Below, piece by piece: positions 36,121 to 46,399 of a stretch of 64,000 bases of DNA. Each line of letters begins with the position of its first letter. Position 1 is the first letter of the stretch. The stretch comes from Antechinus flavipes. Lineage: Eukaryota. The notes below the pieces were generated by a model. It saw only the letters and a list, made by a program, of their open reading frames with translations, did no database searches and had not been told where the DNA came from. The position numbers and the translations under genes are program-made. The stretch spans positions 663,586,001-663,650,000 of the forward strand of contig NC_067398.1 of assembly GCF_016432865.1 (NCBI RefSeq), in the 5' to 3' direction.

Positions 36121-38110
36121 TTGACAATGGTGGGGGTGGGGGGAAGGAAAGGGGGAAAGGATGGAGAAAGGGGAGGAAAAACTCATGGTTGCCTCCCAAG
36201 GGCAATTACTTTCAAAAGTTTTTCACTACTGGATTCAACCACTATTCAACTCACTGACACAAGAATATGCAATTTAGAACTAACTTCATGTATTATATAT
36301 ACTAGCTCAGAGATGTGTTTGGTTCTTTTAGCCAATTTTCCCTTATCTGATTTCCCTATCTGATTTCATCTAATGATCAAAGCATTTTACTCATCCAAAA
36401 TTTATTAAAGTCTTATTCACACCTAGCTTACATATTTGATTGACTGGTTTATTCCATTCAATTATTTGGACCTTCTGTTAATTGAAGTGAGGATTGAATG
36501 AGGTGTTCAGGAAGGATTAGCACTTCTGGGTTGGGGAACTGCTGACTCTTTTTCAGGACTGCTCATCCACCTTTGGTGCCCTCTTTCAGCCATTTCTTAT
36601 CTGTGGCCCAAGAAGCTATAGCATGCACAGTGGCTACACTCCAGTAAAACATCTCAGCAAGTAGGCTAAACAGGATTGAGGATCACCTACCAATCTCAAA
36701 TCTGTCAGTGAGTTAGGGGAATGTCTACCCCATGTGAAGACTTCTTCCAGTGGAATGGGTAGAGGAGAACAATTTGTTCCATTAGCCATGAACATTGTTA
36801 AAGCAGGTGCTATGAGCTTGATCAGATAGTGAAGGCACCAAGGTCATCCACTTATCCTGGGTCATCCCCAATCATCTTGAATTGTGTTTTGTCACTAGAC
36901 GTTGATAACTCTGAAAGAGAGATACTGAGGACTTTGTGCAACTCTGCCTTAGACCCCATTCATGTGCAAGATCCCCCATCATCCACTATTTTACTCCAAC
37001 ATTGTGGTCCTCAATTCTCTTTGAAAACAAAGCACAAACAACAATTGGGGTGAGGTAGAAAGAAAACAGTCTTTAGACTTTAGACCAGTGAACTTGAATT
37101 TGATTCTTTGCAAAATTCAACATATAGAGAAAGAAATAGTGATCATTAAAAAATAAGCAGTGTGGATTTAATAAGACCCGGTCATGTCAAACTAACTTTA
37201 CTTCCTTTCTGACAGGGTTACTAGACTATTAAATCAGGAGAATTCTGTAGATATAGTTTACCTATTTTTTAGCAAAGCATTTGACAAATGCTCTCATGAT
37301 ATCTTTGTAGAAATGATGGAAATATATGGGCTAAACAGTGGTAAAGTAAATAGAATTGGAATTGACAGACACCTACAAAGTAGTCATTAATGGCTCAATG
37401 TCAGCTTAGAAAAATAGTCTCCTACTTTCTCCCCACTGCAATCCATTGCATTGGTCTGACTATATCATTCCCCTACTCAACAAACCTCCCAAAATCAACA
37501 AACTCCTAATTACCTCTTGAATTAGCATTAAACTTTTCAGGATGGCATTTGAAGTTCTTTACAATCTGGTTGGTTCCTATCTTTTTAGCACTTTCTCCAT
37601 ATACTCGATGACCCATGCGCTATAATATGTTTCTCTACACATGATGCTCCATCTCTTATATCCAGGCTTTTGTGAAGATTGTTCCCCACATCTGGAATGT
37701 TCTCTGTCCTCACCTCCCTGGCTCTTAAAATCTCTCTTTTCCTTCAAAACTCAATTGGATAGTAATCTTCAGGAAGTGTTTTTATGTCCTGACAACTGCT
37801 GGTGCCTTCCCCGCTAAAGTTACTTTGTCTACTTTTTATGTAATATGTGTGTGTGTGTGCATGTGTATATATACACATACATCTATATGGGTAGCAAGAT
37901 GATACAATAGAGGGCTGGAGGACTTAGATTCATTTTCCTGACTTCAAACCTAGCCTCATACAATAACTAGTTTTGTGACCCTGGGCAAATCATGTTATCC
38001 TGTTTGCCTCAGTTTCCTCATCTGTAAAATGAACCAGAGAAGGAAATAGCAAGAAGATATCAAATGGGGTCACAAAGAGTCTGACACAACTGAACAAATA
38101 TGCCTATATA

Positions 38111-38318
38111 TAGTGGTCTGTTAGAGAGACCCAATTGTTTAAGTGTGAACATTTGTATCTCAGAAATCTGAAAATGCCAGAAATGAGGATTTTTTCCTAT
38201 TGTTTTGTTGGCTTAAGTGATCAAGAAGCTATAAATGCAGTTTAAACTTAAAAGTGTGTCATTCACATATTTGCTCCCTCAGAAAGCCAATTGTTAAATA
38301 TTTATCAGCTTACTTCTA
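38111..38318 (+). mobile_element. MER63-like hAT MITE, full ends, 8-bp TSD
   Basis: TSD CCTATATA (38103-38110) / CCTACACA (38319-38326); right end GCCAATTGTTAAATATTTATCAGC; inserted in an L2. Confidence 0.7.
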
Positions 38319-41300
38319 CCTACACATGTATCATTCCTTTCACTAGAATGTAAAGATCCTTGAGGGTAAGGACTGTTTTACTTTTTGTCTTTGCAACCCC
38401 AGAGTTTAGTACTGTAACTGGTACATAATAGATGGGTGCTTAATAAGCATTTGTTGATTCTGAGAGCCTTGGGGATCTGGGTATTGCCCTATGTAACATT
38501 TTTTATCAATGACTTAGATGAAGCCATAAATGGTATACTTATCAGATTTGCAGATGGTACAAACTGGAAGAGATAGCTAACACATTAGATGACAGAGTAA
38601 GGATCCAAAAAAAGAACTTGACAGCCTGGAACATTGGATCAAATCTGATAAGAAAAAATGTAATAGGGATTTAGGGTAAAAAAAAAAATGACAAAAAAAC
38701 CTCCACAAATACAAAATGGGTGAGACATGGCTAGACAGTGGTGTGTTTGAAAAAGACCTGAAAGTTTTAGTAGACTGCAAATTCAACATGAATCAAGAGA
38801 ATGAGATATGCAACTCATAGAAAAGCAAATGCAGTCTTGGATTATATTAAAGATACCTAGGGAGGTATTAATTCATCTGTACTTTGTCCTGGTCAGACCA
38901 AACCTAGAATATTGGCAGTTCTGGTGCAACTTTTTAGGTAAGAAAGTCATTATTTGGAGCATATGTAGAGGGAGACAATCAGGATGGGATAGCTGGATTG
39001 GTAGGAGGAGTTGAGGTTTTTAGCCTAGAATAGAGACTTGGAAAATGACTCTGTTCAATTATTGGAAGGATCCTATAAGATCATCGATTTAGGGCTGGAA
39101 GGAACATATAAGAAAACTGTGGTCTAGGGAGTTTGAATGATTTGCTCAGGATCACACAGCTAAAAATTGTCTGAAACAGAATTCAAAATATGTCTTTCTA
39201 ACTCTAAGTCCAAAGCCCTATCTACTATACCATACTGCCTTGCCACTCCTGTTTGATCTCAAAGGACAGATCCGTAAGTGGAAAAGAAGAGAATTTCAGC
39301 TTAACAGAAGGGAAAACTTCCTAATAATTAGAGCTAGCCAAAAGTGGGATGGTCTGTCCCAGTTGGTGATTAGTTCTTTCTCAATGGAAGTCTTCAAGTA
39401 AAAGCTAGCTGACCATTTGTAGGGGATGTTGGAGAAGAGTTTGTTCCACACATTCTGAATTAGATGCTCTCTGGAGTCTTTTCCAAATCTGAAATTTTGA
39501 GATTCTGGGATTTTTGATTCTTCAGTTTAGAGTCTCTTACAGAACAGAGGTGTAATAAAGGATGTTTTCATTCTGGAACATTAGAAATATAGTTCAAGGG
39601 TGAAGTACCTACTTGTCCCTGAGGTGTTTGGGAATATGTAAGAAGGGAGAAGTAGGGCAACAGAGAGAGATGAAAGAAGGAGCCATTTAAGAATGGGGGA
39701 TGGGGAGGAGTGAACAAAAGAATAATTGACCTGAATGTTCCTAACATATTGGCCCTCTGTTTGGGACAGGGAGGCAAATTTTGTTTCTCTGTGGGATCCA
39801 CAATCTCTCCCTGTTAGACAAGAGCTTATGTTAGAGCTGAAGACACTTGATCCCAAGACACCTGCAGATAATTCCCATGCAGAGCCAGCCATGATGCCCA
39901 TATTCCTCATTTAAGAACCCCTGGGATTTTGCCTTCCATCCGTCGCCAAGCCTTTGCCTGGGAATTGGGCTGGGGGCCAAGGCTAACAGTTTGGCAGAAC
40001 TGGAGGAGGGGCAGGCTAGCACAGTTTTTGTCAGGGGACACCCCTTCCAAAGAAAGGATGGAGCCCCAGGCAGCCCAGAAGAGAATTCTGTGTCAGAAGG
40101 AATGGGTGATCAACCCCCTCCTCAAGGAAAGAGGGAGCGCTTCAGTGGGTTCCATTGGGGGCCAGCTTGTTGCTCAGGGACAAGAATGTGTCTAGCCATA
40201 CAAAGAGGAGGAGGGATGCTGAAAACACGGTCCTGCTCAATGAGCTATTTATAGGCCAGAGTTGGGAGTTTCACCCTCCCTATCTCCTAGGCTAGTGTCC
40301 ACCTTTTCTCATTCTTACTCCTTCAGTTCTCCCATCTCATCCAGTGCTGGGGGTAGGGAAATTTGGGAGAAGATAGTGATGGAAAAGAAATATCCTGGAA
40401 GGGGAAATGGACTGTGACTTAATCTTTGAAAAAACAGAGTTATGGCTGAAGGGAACAATAGGGACGGCTGGAAGTTGGTACCAGACAGAAGTCTGTCATC
40501 TGTTTCTTACCGATTTAAATCTCAATCATCTTTCTGGTAGAGGATGAGAAGAGATATCAACCTCTCACATTCCTACATACTCAATCAAATAGTCATCCTC
40601 AGATACAGAGAGTACCACAAGCTCCCTTCTTGATTCAGATGGACAAAGATACACTTTAGGACTTACTGATTTACACTTTGTCAGAGAGTCATGAAGAAAC
40701 CTCTAAAAAACTTAAAATACCAGAATTAGAAATTGTTTAATCTTGCCCTCTGGTTTTTACAAGTGAGCAAACTGAGACCAGAGCAGTTAAGTAACATACT
40801 AAGGTCAGGGACATGGCTGATAAATGTGACTGTGTAAAAAAAAATCCAAACTGTTCACACACAAAGCCAGGAAACACACAAACACTCCCCTTAATCCCCC
40901 CCAAAAAACATTCCCACAACACAAACACAGGCTGTTAACACACGTGCTTTAGCGCTAGTACATAATCAGACTTCTACATACAGACAGGCACAATACCACC
41001 AATGTATATCCGTATAAAAGGGGTAAGAATGAGGCTCCTTTGGTGGAAGCCTGGAGTCGGTAAAAGTAAATGGGACTCTGGCTTCTCAAGCTCAGTCCCT
41101 AGAGCTTTCTCAAGACTGGCCTTAAGGTAGACACACCTACCCAACCACTCAGCCCCTTCCTTTGTCCTTTTACCTCCTTCCAAAACCCAGTAATTGGGCT
41201 AGAGAAGCCTGAGGTTTGGGTTCCGGCCCCACCGCTACCCCCAACATCAGATCAAGGGGAGGTGGGTTGAATTGGGGGATAAGATTGGAGAAGCATATTC

Positions 41301-41439
41301 GGTCCTTCTTGATGAAGAGTTGGGTGAGGGGGTGGGGGATGTCTTTCCATCACTCCCAGGGCATCTCCAAAAGAAGGCTCTGGACCGCAAGGAGGGAGAG
41401 GTAGGGGGAACGAAGACGGAAAGAGAGGGAGTTTAGAAT

Positions 41440-42110
41440 GGGGAGGGGGGCATGAAGGGGGGGGGGGGGGGCGCGCGTGCAAAACTGGCAACGCATGCGC
41501 ACTCCAGACCTGAATCCTCTTTATAAAAAAGGGAGAAGGCGAGGAATCCGCGGCGACAGACCCTGGGACGCGAGGCCCCCAGCGCCGCGGCCACCTGCTG
41601 GGAGCGGGGAATGCAGAGCTAGCTGAGAGCTAGCTGGTCCCCCGGCGGGCGGATAGGCAGGCAGCGGTGCAGCGGCGCGGGCGCCCAGGCTAGCCTACAG
41701 CCGGAACCTGAGCCTCGGCCGCTTTGTGCAGGGCTCCCCTTGACTCGCTTTTCTCCCCTCTTCCCTTCCCCCGATGCGGAGCCGCCTACCCGCCCCAGCA
41801 CCGCTCCGCCTCGTAGGCGCTGCGGGGATGCACCGGCACTAGGAGCGGGCGCCGCCGCCCCCTTGGCCCGCGGGCGGCCGGACCCACGGACGGCGCAGCA
41901 GGAGGAGCCCATACGCAGGTGGGGTCGCTTCCTGGGTCTGGGCCTGAGACGGGGAGTGGGCGGCAGACTAGGGTGGGATGGGGGGAAGGAGCTACGTCCG
42001 GAGTCCTCTGGTTTAGCGGACAACGCAGGCTTGGGCTCCGATGCCCGCCCCGTCCTGGCAGCCGGCTGAATTCTGCTAGCTCTGCCCAGCCCGATTAGAG
42101 GTGGGAATTC
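41440..42110 (+). promoter_or_regulatory. NCAN: NCAN CpG-island promoter and putative non-coding exon 1 (ending at 41918)
   Basis: G15 run at 41457-41471; NRF1-like CGCATGCGC (~41492); TATAAAA at 41522-41528; reverse CTCF motif at 41588-41601; donor CAG|GTGGGG at 41918/41919. Exon 2 begins 7 nt before the ATG, which requires an upstream non-coding exon. Confidence 0.75.
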
Positions 42111-44033
42111 TAGAACTGGGCCAGCTGTAGTCCCTGATTTCTTTTCCTGGGACCCTGAGAAAGGGGAGTTGACAACTGACCGCCCCTAGAGGCAACTGAC
42201 TCCTGGGACCCGTGACCGGCACTCTCCATCCCCATCCCGCTAGCACCTCTAAGGTGCAGAAGCACCTTAGAGCAGGGGAGCTTAAGCCACGTCTTCATTT
42301 CCCACCCACCCTGGCAGTGTGCTCAAGGGTCGCGGGGGGAGAGGGGCAGAGGGGGAGAGGGGAGGGAGGAGAGAGGGGAAGGTATGAAAATGGAGGAGCC
42401 CACCAGTTAACAGGAATAGGAAGGTGGAAAGGAAGAAGAGTTTGGGAACGGGATTGTTAGAAAAAGAACTGAGGGAGGGGGTTGGGGTCAGAAATTCAGG
42501 GAATAGGGAATATTGCTGGTTGTCCAGAGAGAGGAGGGGAGAGAAGCAAATATGATGAGCTGAGAAGGACGGGAGGGAGGCAACCCAAATGAAGGCAAAC
42601 AGCTAGTTCACCCAGGATCCTAGGTGATTTTGTTTAGGACTACTCAGGAGACCCCGGGGTGAGATTGGGATTAAGGGATCAAGTGAGTGGAAGAACCGGT
42701 CAGAGGTGGCGGAATTGACCCATGCTAGCTTGCTACAATGGATTCTTACTCTATATAGTCTCCCTGTGTAAGGGGCAGGAGTTCCATCTCCTGCCCAGGC
42801 CAAGGCAAAGGAGAACTTTGTGGTGGTCTATAGTATAGTCTATGGTTTAGGGCCTGAAGAAAATATCTCTGGAAAAGGGAGCTTGAAAGAAATCTGCTTG
42901 GGGATGGAGACAGAAAGTGTGAAGGGAGCTAGTGGGAAGTACCACAGAAGCTCCTTCTTTTCAGGCCATATCTAGCTGGGTGCCCTTCCAGCAGCGGCAT
43001 TGGGAACTGGAAGGACAGGTTTTCCAAAAGGAGAACCAGTCCAGACTGACTCAGAGGAAATAGGAGTGAGAGACTCACCGGACAATACATAATGTATCCC
43101 TCCGCCCGCTAACCCCTCTGCCCCCTCCATTTCTCACCCTATATCCCGGTAGATCAAGAGTGTTGAAGGCTGGGGTTGATGTTGGGGCGGGGGACAGCCC
43201 TAAAATACCAATTAGAACGGGAGAGGGGAAGTGTCTGAAAGGACCAGCGGAGGGCTCAGGCATCCCCATCTGGACACTTTCAGCCATCACCCTTCTTTCT
43301 CCTTCTCTCCCGGCTGCTTGGACCAGCCAGTTCTTCCACCGAGTACCCCTGGCCAGAAGTCCTCGAGTGGACCGAGCCTGGGCTTTGTTCGCTTATGGGG
43401 TTTCCCTAGCGATATGCCTGCCTCCTGCTGGTGGCTTTGATTGGAGGGGTGGATTTCTTAAGCTGGGCAGCTGCTGCTTCGGCTTCTTAAAGCTTTTGGG
43501 TGAGGGAGAGGATGAAATGGGGGTGGGGTAGTGGAGAAGGAAAATTAGTGTGTACTAGAGTACGGAAGAAACTAGGTGTAAGAGAAGAGGTCATAGCTTT
43601 CAGCAGTCATCCCTTCTCTAAAGATATACCGCCCTCCCTCGTTCCCGAACCCCTCCCTACCTCAGCCCTCCTAATCTCTGCGTGGCTGTAAGTGCTTATC
43701 TGGAATGATTGTATGTACCTGTGTTGAGGGGTGTTTTAGTAAGAGTATATGTGATTGTGACTGTGTGTGTACACGACACTGCAGCCATGTCTTTGTGTGT
43801 GAGAGGGGATGTGTCTGCTGGGGTGTGACTATGTTAGGATGTGTGGTAGTGTTTCTTGTATTGGAATGGACAGATCCCTGGACTTGGCATCAAAGAAACT
43901 GGGTTTGGATTCTGGCTTTATTGCTTTCTTGACCTTGGTCCAATCACATGACCTCACTGAGCCTCAGTTTCCCACCTGAGTCTTTACATTCCCATGTAAA
44001 AATGAAAGGCAATTATAGATCCCTTCCAATTCT

Positions 44034-44035
<2 letters not shown>

Positions 44036-44077
<42 letters not shown>
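44036..44077. repeat. (TG)n microsatellite, ~21 units; further (TG)n tracts at ~45009-45040 and ~45185-45207
   Basis: Direct reading. Confidence 0.95.
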
Positions 44078-44080
<3 letters not shown>

Positions 44081-44846
44081 ATTATGTTTCTTGGCTTGAG
44101 ACTGTGTGTGTGTGCAAAGAAAATTATCCATGGGTTGTGACAATGTGATTCAGTGGTGCCCAAGAAGTACGCAGAATTTGAGGGCCATATCTTTCAGTCT
44201 TCAGAAACCTCCCTGGGATTTTCTGAAGCCAATTTGGCTCCATTATCTCCCTGGGTTTCCATCCCTTAGCTGGTGGACAGTCCTACCTCCAGGATTTTTC
44301 CTGGGGTCTTTTAAATGCTATCATCTGCCCAACTTGAGATACAAGGGATTTCCAAAGGGACTCTGGTAACCTGAGAGAAATTGGGAGAGGGAGTCGGGTG
44401 GTGAATGTTTCATCTCTATTCACCAGCCTGAAGATTAAATTTCCCTGTGCTCTACAGTTTGTACTTCTCTCCAGAGTTGTTTCCAGCATTCCCTGCCTTC
44501 TTTCACACACACAGAAAAATACAGATGCAAAGAAAGCAGTACTTATACTTATATACTTATAGGTATAAATCCACACAGTCAGAAATGCATCTTCCTCAAC
44601 TCTTTCACAAAAACACACCAAAAAACATGCTTTCACACAGAGACACATGGACATTCACAGTGTTTCCCCACAAAGGTACCTTATGGACATATAATCCTTT
44701 CTATCACCTCAAATACACATACCTTCAGAATTAGGAGGTCAGGGAAACCCAGTTAGGAGAGGGAACTGGATATCTCCTCTAATCCTCCTATCTTACCCCT
44801 TCCAACTCCCCCAACACTGTCATTTGCCCAGAATTGGACTGGGTTC

Positions 44847-44941
44847 CAGCTGAGGCTGGTCTCCAGCTCCCTCTTTGCCTCCACTTGCATATGCATGAAT
44901 CCTATGAATTATTCATAAGATGACAAAACCCTTCACAGCTG
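44847..44941. promoter_or_regulatory. Candidate NCAN intron-1 enhancer (POU dimer sites between two CAGCTG E-boxes)
   Basis: CAGCTG at 44847; TTGCATATGCAT at 44885; TATGAATTATTCATA at 44903; CAGCTG at 44936. Confidence 0.5.
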
Positions 44942-45006
44942 TGAAAATTCACCAGGACTCTGGAGTGAGGGGTTATTTTAAGAGTGTGACTTTGGGTGAC
45001 TTGTGC

Positions 45007-45041
<35 letters not shown>

Positions 45042-46300
45042 CTGATTGCAGGTATGGGGAGGGTGCCAGAGAATGTGGAGATGTGACTGTATGACTAACA
45101 GGATGATTCTGTGTCTATGATGTCAACTGAGTGACTGCTTGTGATAGGTGGGGTGGGGTGGGGTAGGATAGAGAACGTTTGGCTGTGTGTGTGTGTGTCT
45201 GTGTGTGCAGCCTGACTCATTGCCTGACTGCCCCTCACCCTGAGCAAGATGGATTTTGCAAATTGATTTTCATTTCAAATGGGGATTTTAAAAAACCTGT
45301 GGGGATTCTTTCTATAAAGTGAACACTTTTTCCAACTCTCATCATCACTTTTCTGGTAAAATCCTAACTCTTATTGTTGCATTTCCCTAAAGCAAAGTCT
45401 ACCTTCATTTTAAAATTGGAATTTGAGTCCAAATGGAGTCAAGTATTGAGCATCCCCTTGCTAAAGATACAGGGGGAATACAAAGAGAATTAACCATCCA
45501 GTGGGATGCTCATAGGTTAATAGTATAATCTGTAACCTGGATTAGGGACCATTAGCACTGTAGCCACCCATGTCAGACTAGCCAGCTCCCAAGCAGAAGT
45601 TAAAGAGGACCTGGCTCTGGAATCAGGAAATCCAGATTCAAATCTTATTTCTAATGCTTACTACTTTTCTGATCATGAACAAATCACTACAGTTCCCTAG
45701 AGCTTTTTTTTTCTTTTCTATAAAATGAAGGGGTTAGGCTAGAAGTCCCCTGAGCTACTTTCCAATTCTTGTTCTATAAGACCACGATCCCAGGATAGAT
45801 AGAAAGGTTTATATTGGGGATGGAAGCAAGGGACTGTTCAGGTCTTTGAACTGCCAGGCTAAAGGAACTTGAACTTTATCCTGCAAATCATCAGTTTAAA
45901 ACCTTTTGAGTGTAAGGATCCTTTTTAAACGTCAGCATTTTTTTTCTTTTTTGCATGCTTTTAACACAATAGAAGCTGCAATTTTAGTATCTGTTGATTG
46001 AGAAAATTACAAAGCTGAGTTAAAACTGCTTTGAATTCAGTAATGCTTTAAAAATGAATTTGTTTTGTTTAAAAAGCATCTACATGCTTTTGGAAAATAG
46101 TGATGCGTTTCTGTGAGATATTATTCATTTTCTAGAAGATAGATTTGCTTATTTATGAATTTGGGTTTGGATTCAGGGAGCTCTTGCAAAAATTCCCCTG
46201 ATTACAGGTTGGGAATCACTGCTGTGAGCAATGGACAAGCACTGTAGTTCCTCACTGATCTCTCTTTCAGCACAACAATCCTTTATTTATCCTAGAATCT

Positions 46301-46399
46301 TAGAACATAAAATGTCAGAGTTGGGAGGGACTTTAGAGCATAGAATGCCAGAGCTGGAAAAGATCTTAGAACACAGGATTTCAGAGATGGGAAGCACCT
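46301..46399 (+). repeat. 33-bp tandem repeat x3 (MIR3/L3-tail-like unit)
   Basis: TAGAACATAAAATGTCAGAGTTGGGAGGGACTT / TAGAGCATAGAATGCCAGAGCTGGAAAAGATCT / TAGAACACAGGATTTCAGAGATGGGAAGCACCT. Confidence 0.8.

Larger units (their letters stand above)
35440..39480 (+). mobile_element. Long fragmented L3/CR1 RT region with nested LTR, SINE, L2, Mar1, hAT and MIR insertions
   Basis: SCQTNL..DRVTRL...VDIVYL.FSKAFDK.SHDI (37180-37310) and INDLDE...LIRFADGT..IANTLDDRVRIQK (38500-38620). Confidence 0.8.

Noticed and set aside
41876-41898. REST/NRSE-like sequence CCCACGGACGGCGC in NCAN exon 1
   Set aside because: Only the right half matches (about 14/21); the TTCAGCACC half is missing
42330-42580. Long purine-rich/G-run tract in NCAN intron 1 (G4 or triplex potential)
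   Set aside because: Common low-complexity feature downstream of CpG-island promoters; nothing specific
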